Source: a virus
IMG/VR virus record: IMGVR_UViG_3300005732_000005
Coordinates: 1-64,000 of that record
DNA: 64,000 nucleotides
Reading direction: 5' to 3' (one strand)
Below the pieces are notes generated by a model that saw only the letters and a list, made by a program, of their open reading frames with translations, had not been told where the DNA came from and ran no database searches. Shown here piece by piece: positions 7,598 to 17,630 of this stretch. The position numbers and the translations under genes are program-made. The stretch's first letter is position 1, and every line of letters begins with the position of its first letter.

Positions 7598-7981
7598 TAC
7601 AACCTCCATCACATCTCCCAAACATTCCCTAATCTTTCGGAACAAAGACTTTCTATTACTAAGTTTTACACTCTCAGAATAACCTACACAGAAACCATGA
7701 TTAGCTCCTAAAGTTTCCGTCACCTTAACACCATTAACTTCAACTAAATATATCCAAGGTATGTTTCCTTTCAATTCAATATCTATACCTATAGAGTTCA
7801 ATCTCCTTTTTAACCTAGTTAAAGGGTGTGTGTGGAACGTATTCACCTCATCACCAACTTCAAGGTTTCTATAATTACTGGACACTTTTGTAAACCTTTC
7901 ACATTTAGATTGTAAATAGTATTCTTTATAAGCTCCGAACCTTGTAGGAATGGTTTCTATTGCTGTTACATAGAATTTCAT
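7586..7981 (-). CDS. hypothetical protein
   Basis: ORF in tightly overlapping leftward run. Confidence 0.7.
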   Translation of the reverse strand: MKFYVTAIETIPTRFGAYKEYYLQSKCERFTKVSSNYRNLEVGDEVNTFHTHPLTRLKRRLNSIGIDIELKGNIPWIYLVEVNGVKVTETLGANHGFCVGYSESVKLSNRKSLFRKIRECLGDVMEVVEEA

Positions 7982-8244
7982 ATCACCTCCTCTCCAAACC
8001 TTCTTTCATACTCAAATTTAAATTTTCCAATCAATACTTCATCTAAGGTAGTATCTTTACAAAACTTCTCTACTTCCCAAGCAGCTATGACATATTTAAT
8101 ATCGTGATACAACCCTTCGTCCACCCATTCGAAAGAGTACTCCATTGCATCAATGTCTGCAAATTTACTACGTGTAGAAAGGGTTACATCTTGGTTGCTG
8201 TATTCGTTACAAGCTTTAATAATTTTTAATGTATCGATATTCAT
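7978..8244 (-). CDS. hypothetical protein
   Basis: ATGA-coupled ORF. Confidence 0.7.
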   Translation of the reverse strand: MNIDTLKIIKACNEYSNQDVTLSTRSKFADIDAMEYSFEWVDEGLYHDIKYVIAAWEVEKFCKDTTLDEVLIGKFKFEYERRFGEEVI

Positions 8245-8480
8245 TTAGTTTCTCCTACAACAAATATTTCTAAAATTTTCTCTTTTGTATAATAACCTTC
8301 GCCATAATATCCCATTCCAACAATCCAATCTTCACAAAGTTCTTGTCTTCTAATAGACTTCTTGTGTTCAGGGAATAATTCATCAAACACTCTAAATAAT
8401 TTTTCCCGTTGTTGCTTGTTGAACTGTGATAATCTTACAGGGTTATCTTTGTGAAGGTGTTTATGGTAGTAAATACTCAT
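8241..8480 (-). CDS. hypothetical protein
   Basis: ORF with GGAGG RBS. Confidence 0.7.
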   Translation of the reverse strand: MSIYYHKHLHKDNPVRLSQFNKQQREKLFRVFDELFPEHKKSIRRQELCEDWIVGMGYYGEGYYTKEKILEIFVVGETK

Positions 8481-8489
8481 CTAGTCCTC

Positions 8490-8711
8490 CTACCAAATCT
8501 TACTTAGGAATTTATCCCTGATGATATCAAATCCTTCGGGAAAACTGCAAGTACTATCTCCAACTCTTCTGAAATATTCTTGGATAGAAATTTCCTCTTG
8601 TTCCCAAGAATACTCGTAATTGGTTCTATCCCAACCATCAGGGTCAAGGACAATAATTTCTTTGACAATAGATTGCCACTCTTTAGATGTTTTGTTTCCT
8701 GTTAACATCAC
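8490..8711 (-). CDS. hypothetical protein
   Basis: coupled ORF. Confidence 0.7.
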   Translation of the reverse strand: MMLTGNKTSKEWQSIVKEIIVLDPDGWDRTNYEYSWEQEEISIQEYFRRVGDSTCSFPEGFDIIRDKFLSKIW

Positions 8712-8917
8712 ACCATCTCCCAGAAAGTAATATCTTTAGGTACAGGGCATTCTCCCCAATCAAAGAATTTATCTTGGTATCCCATAACCTCCGTCACAAT
8801 ATCCCCTCTTTCATCCAACCAAACTTCTTCGTATCTTCTAGAGTTTGTGGTTGTACAAGTGTATGCCACTACATAAAACTTATCTTGTTCAAGGTGTGCT
8901 TCGTCAATTTGTTTCAT
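8708..8917 (-). CDS. hypothetical protein
   Basis: start at MKQID after GGAGG RBS. Confidence 0.65.
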   Translation of the reverse strand: MKQIDEAHLEQDKFYVVAYTCTTTNSRRYEEVWLDERGDIVTEVMGYQDKFFDWGECPVPKDITFWEMV

Positions 8918-9134
8918 TTTCTTCCTCCAATTCTTTAGCCCTCTTAGCCAATTCTCCTGTTGCAATCAATGTATTCTCAGGAAGGTGCTTAATTAAGGTA
9001 ATTCTGACTCCCTGATAAGTTATTTCTCCACAACTCAAGTTGTAAGTGTTCAACTTATCGAAGACATCTTGTGAGGCGTAGAATTCTCCTTGAGGAGGTA
9101 CATAGTCTACGGTATTGTTTTCAAAATGTGTCAT
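8904..9134 (-). CDS. hypothetical protein
   Basis: coupled ORF. Confidence 0.65.
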   Translation of the reverse strand: MTHFENNTVDYVPPQGEFYASQDVFDKLNTYNLSCGEITYQGVRITLIKHLPENTLIATGELAKRAKELEEENETN

Positions 9135-9661
9135 ACTTTCTCCTTCAATGTTGGAGGTGATTTAAGTTTAACAGTTTCTATAGATCTGTCTATATCTTTT
9201 AACAGTCTTTCTTTGATGGTAATAAACTTCTTATCTATATCTTCTGAAGTCATCTCCTTATCTGATAACAATTGCCCTTCTACTTGATCCAGTATAATTT
9301 TAAAATCTTTAAGGGAATCTTCAACCCCTGATAACCACATCTCCTTTGAACCTGCAGGGCAATATATGTCTGAACTATCTACTACAATAGTTCCATTTCC
9401 TACCTCCCCTATATAAATATCTCCTTTGTCGAACATTGCATTTGCATCCTCCATTAAACAACCCATATAAACACTTTCCCCCTTTTCTGTTTGCTTTTTG
9501 AATAATTCGTTTATATTTTCTGACATCTCTAGGTTGTAAGTGCATATGAAGTTTTTGTCAACCTCACTTACAAAGAAACCAATTCTGTTACTTGGACACT
9601 TCTCCATAAGATTATTGAGTTTTTTAATCCAGCCCGCTTCAGCCCTTGTCAGTTTACTCAT
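9131..9661 (-). CDS. hypothetical protein
   Basis: ORF. Confidence 0.7.
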   Translation of the reverse strand: MSKLTRAEAGWIKKLNNLMEKCPSNRIGFFVSEVDKNFICTYNLEMSENINELFKKQTEKGESVYMGCLMEDANAMFDKGDIYIGEVGNGTIVVDSSDIYCPAGSKEMWLSGVEDSLKDFKIILDQVEGQLLSDKEMTSEDIDKKFITIKERLLKDIDRSIETVKLKSPPTLKEKV

Positions 9662-9686
9662 ATTCCAGTCATCTCCTCGATCAATC

Positions 9687-10118
9687 TCATACTATCTTCA
9701 CCACTTCATATCCTAATTCTTTAGCTTCTCTTAAGAAACGATTTTCTTCTGAATACTTGGCAACTTCTTGAGTGATTCTACTTTTCTTTAACACATATTT
9801 GGTGATAGATTCTTCATCTCCGTCAAACCACTTTCTTACAATATCGTAAGGGATAATAATATTTGAGCTAGAGTAAAAACCATCGTAATCATCTTCATAT
9901 TCCAACACAATCTGAACAGAAGTGTTGTTGAATTCTACAAATGTAACTGTCTCACCATAACCTACTCGGAAAGGATTATAATCGTGAAAAGAAGTATTCC
10001 TACTTTCAAGAGTAACACCACTCAGGAAATCACATAACTCTTGAAAAACACCCTCCACTTTTGACAAAGTTTCTTGTGCTGAAAGGTATTCTTGTTTAAG
10101 AGTTTCTATATCTGTCAT
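9687..10118 (-). CDS. hypothetical protein
   Basis: ORF with GGAG RBS. Confidence 0.7.
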   Translation of the reverse strand: MTDIETLKQEYLSAQETLSKVEGVFQELCDFLSGVTLESRNTSFHDYNPFRVGYGETVTFVEFNNTSVQIVLEYEDDYDGFYSSSNIIIPYDIVRKWFDGDEESITKYVLKKSRITQEVAKYSEENRFLREAKELGYEVVKIV

Positions 10119-10130
10119 AAACCTATTCTC

Positions 10131-10577
10131 CTATTTATCAATATAAACAATAACATTATCTGGTAGTGATTCTAGCAAAGGTAATATTTCCTGTAAAGAT
10201 CTTTTTCCATGATTTATTGCTGGACAGGGAAGATGGAATATCCAGTCAGGTCTTCTCTCGGCATACCATTTTAATTGGCGAACACTTTCTTCAACTACGT
10301 TGAGAGGACTTTCCTTTTGCCAATGAATCTTTGTTTGAAAAGCCCCTATCCACTGTTGTCCGTGTTGAATAAACTTCACCCCAAAGATTTCTTGATCATC
10401 AATAGCCTCTCCGAAAAGTTTATCTATGTTGGAATATGTATCTCTTACAACACGAGCCGTTCCTCTTCCCATAACTAATTTGCCAGATTTTGTTAGAGTG
10501 GAATTAGCTGTGAAGAGGAAGATTTCTTTCCCGACATATCCGCTTTTGTAAATGAGTCTTTTGTTTTTAATCTTCAC
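10131..10577 (-). CDS. macrodomain (Poa1p/DarG-like ADP-ribose processing) protein
   Basis: TAN...LVMGRGTA, FQTKIHW...S and LPCPAI.HG motifs. Confidence 0.65.
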   Translation of the reverse strand: MKIKNKRLIYKSGYVGKEIFLFTANSTLTKSGKLVMGRGTARVVRDTYSNIDKLFGEAIDDQEIFGVKFIQHGQQWIGAFQTKIHWQKESPLNVVEESVRQLKWYAERRPDWIFHLPCPAINHGKRSLQEILPLLESLPDNVIVYIDK

Positions 10578-10957
10578 TATTTAATCCCCAACTTACCTTT
10601 AACATATTCAATAAACAAACCTCCTGAAATAGAAGCCTCTTTGACTTTAGTTTCCAACTCCTCCCGAAGTTTTCTCTCTCGGTTAAGTGCTTGTTGGAGT
10701 TGTTGCATTTCTTCTCTTGCGGATTTATTTTCTATGATACGTTCATACCTATTCAGGTCTTCTACTACTTGATCTTCCATCCAATCTAAGGCAATCATCA
10801 GATTTTTGTAAGCAGAGCTTCTTCCTAGAAATGTTTCTTCTCTTCTTAGTGCATAACTAACATCATTAAGTTTCCACAAAATCTTATCAAGTGATTTCCT
10901 TTTCTCAGCTAACCTTTCTTCTCTACGTTTCTTTCGTAAGTCTGTGTTGTCTGTCAT
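10577..10957 (-). CDS. coiled-coil hypothetical protein
   Basis: ORF. Confidence 0.7.
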   Translation of the reverse strand: MTDNTDLRKKRREERLAEKRKSLDKILWKLNDVSYALRREETFLGRSSAYKNLMIALDWMEDQVVEDLNRYERIIENKSAREEMQQLQQALNRERKLREELETKVKEASISGGLFIEYVKGKLGIK

Positions 10958-11223
10958 AACAATCCATACCTCTCATAAATTTCTCTAACTTGTTCGTTTT
11001 CTAGGTCAGGAGGGTAGCTGTAATCAAAACCAAAACCTTGTGTGTATGAATAAATTATCATAGCTTCGTACAACTCAGCCGCCTTTGTCTTGGTAGGGTT
11101 CTTTAGTAATTCAAAGCAATGGTCGTCTAAAACAAAACCCCCTGATAGGTCGTAAACATCATTGCCGTGATACTCTTTCAAAAACTCATAATCTTTTCTT
11201 GCTTGTTGGTATCTTTTAGTCAT
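10954..11223 (-). CDS. hypothetical protein
   Basis: coupled ORF. Confidence 0.7.
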   Translation of the reverse strand: MTKRYQQARKDYEFLKEYHGNDVYDLSGGFVLDDHCFELLKNPTKTKAAELYEAMIIYSYTQGFGFDYSYPPDLENEQVREIYERYGLL

Positions 11224-11636
11224 AAAGGTGTCTCCGCTGTAACTGCAATTATTAATCTGTCTCCTTCACAAGCAAAAAATACGTCTTCTATATCAGTATT
11301 CTCTGCCATAACATCTTCGTCTTTATAGCTTACGGTAACAGTCATATCTAACCCTTTTAAGAGGTCATACATAAACCATTCAGGTTCTTTAGTATTATTG
11401 TTTACATGATTAATTACTAAACCTTCTAAAGTATTGTCCTCTAAAACTGGTTCTAAAGTAGTTTCTGCCACTTCAAGTCTAATTCCGTCTTGGTAAAGGT
11501 AGTGTCGTATAGTAGGTTGATTTAAGTCAGGAACACCTTCAATCATTACATAACCATGCTCCTCAACATACCACCCTTCAATTTCTCTTCCCGTATCTAA
11601 TTCTAGACCTTTGTGTTTAATTTTAGTCATTACCAA
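11220..11636 (-). CDS. hypothetical protein, YopX-like N-terminus
   Basis: IKHKG..LDTG..IEGWY pattern. Confidence 0.5.
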   Translation of the reverse strand: MVMTKIKHKGLELDTGREIEGWYVEEHGYVMIEGVPDLNQPTIRHYLYQDGIRLEVAETTLEPVLEDNTLEGLVINHVNNNTKEPEWFMYDLLKGLDMTVTVSYKDEDVMAENTDIEDVFFACEGDRLIIAVTAETPL

Positions 11637-11992
11637 TCATCCTCTCTATATCTTCGTAAATTTCTATCTTGAATTCTACTTAACTTATTTAAATTGTCAA
11701 ACTCTTTTTCTTTCTGACGTAACCTTTCTCGAAGCATTTCATTTTCCAGTAAGAGGTTTGTTTCCTTTTGAGAAGGTGATCTTTTGTTCCAAGCTTCTAT
11801 CACTTTCTTGATTATAATATCACAAGATTCTTTATCTAAGTTATCCGACCAAAATAGTTCAGAAGAAGCTTCACAACCATTACACTCTACTTGAGCATTG
11901 TCTATGCTCCAGCTAATATCCATAGAAGATTCGCAATTTAAGTCTACATCTTCACTCCCACAAAAAGGACATGGTAAAAGTTTTTCCATCAT
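11630..11992 (-). CDS. Lar-family restriction alleviation protein
   Basis: LLPCPFCG...VECNGC..S...AWNKR signature. Confidence 0.75.
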   Translation of the reverse strand: MMEKLLPCPFCGSEDVDLNCESSMDISWSIDNAQVECNGCEASSELFWSDNLDKESCDIIIKKVIEAWNKRSPSQKETNLLLENEMLRERLRQKEKEFDNLNKLSRIQDRNLRRYREDDW

Positions 11993-12237
11993 AATCTCCC
12001 TTCAATATCCACCACATCGGTATCACATTCAATCCAGACTCTTCCTCCACAACCTAGAGGCTTGTCTGGAGAATATATCACCCTTGCCACAACAACTCCT
12101 TCGTGAATAATATCCAACTCGTTAAAGTAATTATTCTCTTTATAAGTTTTACTTGTGATAACAGGTTTTCTTTCTTCAGGAGAACATTTTATATTGTGGC
12201 GAATGTTATGTTGATTAATGTGTATAATGTTTTTCAC
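11989..12237 (-). CDS. hypothetical phage protein
   Basis: IHINQHNIR..N, YSPDKPL.CG.RVWIE. Confidence 0.7.
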   Translation of the reverse strand: MKNIIHINQHNIRHNIKCSPEERKPVITSKTYKENNYFNELDIIHEGVVVARVIYSPDKPLGCGGRVWIECDTDVVDIEGRL

Positions 12238-12406
12238 TATTCCACCTCCTCCAACTTAATATCATACCCAACAACGTATACCATTAAAGAAGAATCTTCG
12301 AATCTTAAGTGTATATGTGTAGGGCAGATTGCTTGTTTCATACCTGTCACGTTTTCAAAAACTTCTACCACTTCATTGTCTTTTAATTTAGTAACTTTTA
12401 ACATAA

Positions 12407-12607
12407 CTATTCCTCCAATAATTCAATATCATCGCCAAAACTTAACACTTCATCAGTATCCCAAGCATATTCGTTAGGAGCTTTCTTGTCAAGCTTAATT
12501 ACGTAATAGTCCTCTTCATAAGTGTCTATTATTCTCAAAATATAACCATCACCGAGGAAAGGTTTATCTGTGAAACGTACTCTTTGTTTAAGTTTAAATT
12601 TGACCAT
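12407..12607 (-). CDS. hypothetical protein
   Basis: ORF with GAGGAG RBS. Confidence 0.6.
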   Translation of the reverse strand: MVKFKLKQRVRFTDKPFLGDGYILRIIDTYEEDYYVIKLDKKAPNEYAWDTDEVLSFGDDIELLEE

Positions 12608-12866
12608 TGTGATCTTGCTCCTCTAAATAATCTAATAACCGACTAGCTTCTTGCTGCATCCAGATATTACCTGTAATAATATGTACATCATCTTGATGAC
12701 CTACAGGTTCTAAACCATTAATCACTCTAAAGTAATTATAGTGCTGTATAACATAGATAGGTCTTGCACCAGTTTTAATGTCCAGTAAATCCATTCTAGC
12801 AGGTTCAACTACTTCCCACTCATCCCAATCTTGTAACATTGTTTTGTTTGTGTACGGATTAATCAT
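12594..12866 (-). CDS. hypothetical protein
   Basis: start at MINPY after AGGA RBS. Confidence 0.6.
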   Translation of the reverse strand: MINPYTNKTMLQDWDEWEVVEPARMDLLDIKTGARPIYVIQHYNYFRVINGLEPVGHQDDVHIITGNIWMQQEASRLLDYLEEQDHNGQI

Positions 12867-13140
12867 TTCTTTTCCTTTTCTGTAATATTTTAGAACTAAA
12901 ATTATAAAAGTTTGTAAGGGTGTCTGCAATTTCTATTTTAAAACTACCGACACACAACACCTTCTCGTCACCATTATGGTAAACTCTAGAGCAAGTGATT
13001 CTGGTTATATCATAACCACACAAGCCTATTGCCTCATCTAATGTAAAACTCTTACTTAACGGGGAGAATATTTTTCGTAACATTATTAAATCTTGTCTCA
13101 TTTGTCTTTCGAACTGTATACTTTTGAAAGCTTTACTCAC
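12859..13140 (-). CDS. hypothetical protein
   Basis: GTG start, GAGGAGG RBS. Confidence 0.6.
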   Translation of the reverse strand: MSKAFKSIQFERQMRQDLIMLRKIFSPLSKSFTLDEAIGLCGYDITRITCSRVYHNGDEKVLCVGSFKIEIADTLTNFYNFSSKILQKRKRND

Positions 13141-13747
13141 ACCACCTCCTCATAACTTCCCCACAAATAAATACCTTCTGGATTAAAATGTTCTTCCAAT
13201 CCACCTACTCGGATAAATTCCTTTCCTTTAATATAGACACCTTTATTAGAAGGGTAATATTCTCCCTCAACAATTTCTCCCCAAGATACTTTATCTGAAG
13301 GAAGTCCTGTGTAGATACCAGCATCTGTGGAAAGGGTTTTAGTAATTTAATTTTCATAAGTTTCTCCTTTTGACATGTACCATCCGTAAACATAGTTTAC
13401 ATAATAACTTGCCACACATAAAGCTTTATATGCAAAAACATATACATTTTCTGAGTAGAAATCTTGTGCCAAAGAAATTGCTAGACAGATGAATAGTATA
13501 CTGTAAACATATTATTCCCCCTTACCTTTAAGTACATCTACCGCTAAACGTATTAAGATGATAGCTGATATAAATAACACTAAACCTACCACGATATGTA
13601 ACATATTTTCTCCTCAAAAATTAATTTCCACCACTATACCAACCCACATTCACAAAAGCAACCATTATTTTAAAATTAATTCCTCTTGCCAAAGGATAAT
13701 CTTTTTGCTAAAGTTTGTCTGTGTTCAATAACAAGAGGAGATACACA

Positions 13748-13966
13748 GTGGAATATAATCAACAACAGAGGGATGCTTTTAAAGAGGTAACTCATATAGG
13801 GAAATTTACTGGGACAATGTTCCGTATTAAAGAGGATTCTTCTTTAGCAGATTTCTTGTGGCAAAACCAAGCATACTGGCAAAGAAGTGATGTTACAAAA
13901 GAGATGATTCTTACGGAAGATAAATATTTTGAAGAGTTTACATTTAATGAGGAGGATTTTGTATGA
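13748..13966 (+). CDS. hypothetical protein (rightward island gene 1)
   Basis: GTG after GAGGAG; TTGCCA..TGCTAAAGT promoter upstream. Confidence 0.65.
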   Translation: MEYNQQQRDAFKEVTHIGKFTGTMFRIKEDSSLADFLWQNQAYWQRSDVTKEMILTEDKYFEEFTFNEEDFV

Positions 13967-14196
13967 AAGAGTGGGAAAATGAAATTGTAGGTGACCCTGT
14001 AATGGAAGATGGTTATCTAGTGTATTATAACTTTAAAGGAGAGGTGGTTTGTAAATTAAAAGAGGATGTTGCCAAGGTATTAGAAGATTACCACAAAAGA
14101 TTATACAAGGTTAAGTGTGAATCTAGTGCTGAGATGATTGAATCTTTGGCAAAAGGTTTACTTGAGACAGCTAATAATGTTCGTAAGGAAGTATAA
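13963..14196 (+). CDS. hypothetical protein (rightward island gene 2)
   Basis: coupled ORF, GAGGAGG RBS. Confidence 0.65.
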   Translation: MKEWENEIVGDPVMEDGYLVYYNFKGEVVCKLKEDVAKVLEDYHKRLYKVKCESSAEMIESLAKGLLETANNVRKEV

Positions 14197-14462
14197 TGGG
14201 TTATGATGAAAAGGCTATGTTGAAGTTGTTCAACGATATTCAACAAGAGAATGATAAAAGGAAGGATGTTGTGAAGGAGAAACCTGTTGTGAAGAAGAAT
14301 GTTCTTCCTTGGGAGGAATTACTTGAAGAAGAGTTGGAACTTTTCAACGACGTTGTAGATGATATTTATAAAAGTGAACTTTACAGGGAAAAGAATGTTC
14401 GTTCTTTAAGGGAAATTGGACTGGAGGTGTGGAATGGTTGGCAGAGAGGAAGATTTAAGTAA
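14196..14462 (+). CDS. hypothetical protein (rightward island gene 3)
   Basis: coupled ORF. Confidence 0.65.
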   Translation: MGYDEKAMLKLFNDIQQENDKRKDVVKEKPVVKKNVLPWEELLEEELELFNDVVDDIYKSELYREKNVRSLREIGLEVWNGWQRGRFK

Positions 14463-14470
14463 GGGATAAT

Positions 14471-14500
14471 AAAAAGGAGGCTTTCGCCTCCTTTATTTTT
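14471..14500. terminator. bidirectional rho-independent terminator
   Basis: AAAAAGGAGGC-TTTC-GCCTCCTTTATTTTT between convergent genes. Confidence 0.75.
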
Positions 14501-14631
14501 GCCTAATATTCTTTATAGAAACAAACTTTTCTTCGCCAGACTTACTCTCCACAACACATTTATTCTTGCCAATGTATTTTACTTGGAAAGGGGTGTCTCC
14601 TGAACAAACAAGTTTTACGAAAGAGTCGATA

Positions 14632-14847
14632 TTAATCATAATCTTCCCATTTATCAATTGTTTCTTCCAGAACATCAACCATATCAGACAAAGATGTAAC
14701 CTTCTCATCAGCAAGTTCTAGTGCAACACGTAATACATCTTCGTAAAGATACCCGTTTGAAAGGATATATTGGTCAAGAGTTCCTTTTTGAGACATAGTG
14801 TTGATTTCTTCAAAGGAAAGGTTTATTGGTGGTGTGTAATCACTCAT
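14632..14847 (-). CDS. hypothetical protein
   Basis: ORF. Confidence 0.6.
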   Translation of the reverse strand: MSDYTPPINLSFEEINTMSQKGTLDQYILSNGYLYEDVLRVALELADEKVTSLSDMVDVLEETIDKWEDYD

Positions 14848-15034
14848 CAGTCGTCACCTCAATAATATATCCTTTTGCAGGAAACATAATAACATCTTTG
14901 TCACGTTGCATGGTTAAGAAATCTTTATTCTCTGCAAAAGCAAAATCTCTTACATTTGAGTAACTGTATACCACCCTTTCTGAAGTAGGACATCGGAAGC
15001 TAATTGTTAAATTTTTAATTATAGGTGTTGTCAT
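14840..15034 (-). CDS. hypothetical protein
   Basis: ORF with GAGGGG RBS. Confidence 0.6.
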   Translation of the reverse strand: MTTPIIKNLTISFRCPTSERVVYSYSNVRDFAFAENKDFLTMQRDKDVIMFPAKGYIIEVTTDE

Positions 15035-15046
15035 TTTATTCCCCTC

Positions 15047-15418
15047 TTAGGTTATAATTAAGTAAATTATCAGGTAATGTGTCAAGTGGTGTGTCATTTG
15101 ATCAGCTCCTAGACACCACCAAAATTTAGGATTATCTTGTGTATATCTTCCACCAATATCGGGATGAGCTTTTAATCTATCAACAACAAAATGTACTATT
15201 AAATCTAACATCCCTAATAAATAACCTAATACGATATCTCCTGTGAAGATTGTTGTTATGAGGGATGTTCCTAGAGCATGTATCGCACTGTGAGACAATA
15301 AAGGAAGTTCCCAGTCACTCTTTTTAAACTTACCTAGCATATAAGTGTTTTGTAAAGGATAATCGCACAGGAAATGTTTCACTTGGAATAGTATCAATAG
15401 TGAAAATATTTCATTCAT
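15047..15418 (-). CDS. DUF3307-family membrane protein
   Basis: KHFLCDYPLQ, H..IH, HFVVD.LK, GADQ..HH motifs. Confidence 0.7.
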   Translation of the reverse strand: MNEIFSLLILFQVKHFLCDYPLQNTYMLGKFKKSDWELPLLSHSAIHALGTSLITTIFTGDIVLGYLLGMLDLIVHFVVDRLKAHPDIGGRYTQDNPKFWWCLGADQMTHHLTHYLIIYLIIT

Positions 15419-15429
15419 TTTAGTCTCTC

Positions 15430-16299
15430 TTAATTATGTATACAAACTTCCAAAGTGATTTTATCTTCTCTTTGGTAATTACAACCTTTAGAGTTATCAC
15501 CTAGAGAAATATGATTATATTTGTTCATCCAATCAGATATTAAGGTGTTAGCCTTACCATTAGATAACACTTCTTCAAACAATATAAACTTACCACCATT
15601 CTTTGCAAACTTATCTACCTTTTCAAGTAGGTCTTTGGTATCTTGTTCTGTCCATCCACCCTTTTCATTATAAACCGCATTCGTAAGGACGTATGGGCTA
15701 TCTACAATAATGAAACTATACTCCAAGAAATCAATATCTCGGAAGTCTTTACTCATCCAAACAACTTTCTTTTTCTTAGAGAGACGTTCTTTCCAGTTGA
15801 TAAGCTTCTTACGCATATTCTTGTTGAATGTTCTCTTACCAAAAGGTATATTCCACTCACCTTTATCGTTGAAACGAATATAGTTTGAGAAAGAGTGGCA
15901 TAAGAGTAGGTAGAACAGATAACCTCGTGTAGTTTCTTTCAGATAATAACTATCCACTGAGCCTAATTGGCACTGAGAGTTGAAGAAACTCTTCAAGTTT
16001 TCGTATCCCTCTAAAGACTCCTTACTTAATGAGTAAAGTTCCATAGTATTGTCTAAATTAGAGAGTAGTATCTCTACATCAACAACCCCAAAAACCTCGT
16101 GACAGTTAATCAATTCTTTACACTTATCATTAAAAGTAAGTTCCCAATTATCAGGTAACATACTTCCTAGACTATTACCACCTGTAAATACATCCAGACA
16201 AGTGTGAAACTCATCTTCTGGCAAAAGGTGCTTAATCTTGTCATGGAATCTAGCCTTACTGCCAGTATAATTCATATAACAACCATTATCTCTTGTCAT
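15430..16299 (-). CDS. dam: Dam-like (D12 class) DNA adenine methyltransferase
   Basis: NYTGSK, DVFTGG (motif I), IRFN..G.WNIPFG, DSPY (DPPY variant). Confidence 0.75.
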   Translation of the reverse strand: MTRDNGCYMNYTGSKARFHDKIKHLLPEDEFHTCLDVFTGGNSLGSMLPDNWELTFNDKCKELINCHEVFGVVDVEILLSNLDNTMELYSLSKESLEGYENLKSFFNSQCQLGSVDSYYLKETTRGYLFYLLLCHSFSNYIRFNDKGEWNIPFGKRTFNKNMRKKLINWKERLSKKKKVVWMSKDFRDIDFLEYSFIIVDSPYVLTNAVYNEKGGWTEQDTKDLLEKVDKFAKNGGKFILFEEVLSNGKANTLISDWMNKYNHISLGDNSKGCNYQREDKITLEVCIHN

Positions 16300-16580
16300 T
16301 TATCTCTCCTCCATAAATTTATACCCACTTCGGTAAGTATTCTACTCCAATAAACCAAGAAAAGATACCCTATAAACACATAAAACCATTCTTTTGTGAG
16401 GACATCATTATTTATAATGGCAACACTAAGATTCTCCCATAGTCCTAATAGCTTGAAAAGGTATCCGTATACAATAAGGTAGAGAGGGATTGAGATAGCT
16501 AAAAAACTATCCCAATTAAATACCTCTTTAAGAGATTCCTCTACTAACTTAACCTTCTTAGAGAAATGCTTCTTGAGCAT
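16296..16580 (-). CDS. membrane protein (2 TM)
   Basis: hydrophobic segments. Confidence 0.6.
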   Translation of the reverse strand: MLKKHFSKKVKLVEESLKEVFNWDSFLAISIPLYLIVYGYLFKLLGLWENLSVAIINNDVLTKEWFYVFIGYLFLVYWSRILTEVGINLWRRDK

Positions 16581-17614
16581 TATTCACCGCTTTCCCAAAT
16601 TTCTTGTAAACGCTTCTCAATTCGGGCAATAATCTTTTCCTCAGACTTAATATTGTGAGGAAGTTTTACCTTGAACAGTGTACATAGTTCTGAAAGGTCG
16701 GTATAAGTGTATACCTCTTCTGCAGGAATACCATCTAAGAAGAAAGTATCTTCCTGTTTAGTAAGAACCCACACATTATCTGCAGTATCTTTGAAATTAA
16801 CAACTTTACTGTAGGTGGTTTGTTGTTCCTGAAGAACAAACTTACCCAAACTACCTTCTTCCTGAGATTCTTCTTCCATTAAAGAATTAAACTCTTCATC
16901 AGATAAGCTTCTATCAAAGGCAATCATCTCTTCCTGAACTTTCTTGTAGACAGATAGTTCTTCTTCGGAAAGTTTCTCTGTTTCTAAAAGTTTCTTCTGG
17001 ATAACAGATTCCATTTTATCCATCTGAGCTTCTTGTTCTGAGAATAGGTCTTCTAGGGAAGAGGATTGCTGTGATTGGCGGTGTTTATACATAGCTTGCA
17101 ATCTTTCTCGAATCTCCTCTGCACTGAATATATACTCTTTATCGTGTTCAATCATAAGATCAAGTTCTTCGTCAGTGACGAAACCTTTATAAACTGTTTC
17201 GAACAAAGCCTTTACTTGTCGTTTATAACTTTCAGCACGTTTAACACTTTGAGCAGGTGTTCCGCCTGTGCCACCACCGCCTGAATGTAACAACATCTCT
17301 GAAGCAATACCAACTTCGTGTGTGTCACATGCTAAGAATACAATACTTCCACAAGAATGACTGTTGGCACGTAGGATTCCGTGAACAGGTGATTTACACT
17401 GAAGAATTTCATTTGTAAACTCGATACCTGTTGCCAGAGAACCTCCATCAGTGTTAATTGTGATTTCTACCTTATCGTTTTCGTTTGCACGTTGTAAGGC
17501 TTCTATTTCAAAACGGTAATAACTTGGATGAACAACGTCATCATCAAATCGTAATTTGTAAAGACCTGCAATTGGTTCATACACTACTGAGTTATTAACT
17601 GATTCTGTTTGCAT
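16580..17614 (-). CDS. ClpP-like serine protease with acidic C-terminal extension
   Basis: INTDGGSL..G, SHSCGSIVFLA, MLLH. Confidence 0.75.
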   Translation of the reverse strand: MQTESVNNSVVYEPIAGLYKLRFDDDVVHPSYYRFEIEALQRANENDKVEITINTDGGSLATGIEFTNEILQCKSPVHGILRANSHSCGSIVFLACDTHEVGIASEMLLHSGGGGTGGTPAQSVKRAESYKRQVKALFETVYKGFVTDEELDLMIEHDKEYIFSAEEIRERLQAMYKHRQSQQSSSLEDLFSEQEAQMDKMESVIQKKLLETEKLSEEELSVYKKVQEEMIAFDRSLSDEEFNSLMEEESQEEGSLGKFVLQEQQTTYSKVVNFKDTADNVWVLTKQEDTFFLDGIPAEEVYTYTDLSELCTLFKVKLPHNIKSEEKIIARIEKRLQEIWESGE

Positions 17615-17630
17615 GATTATTCTCCTCTGG

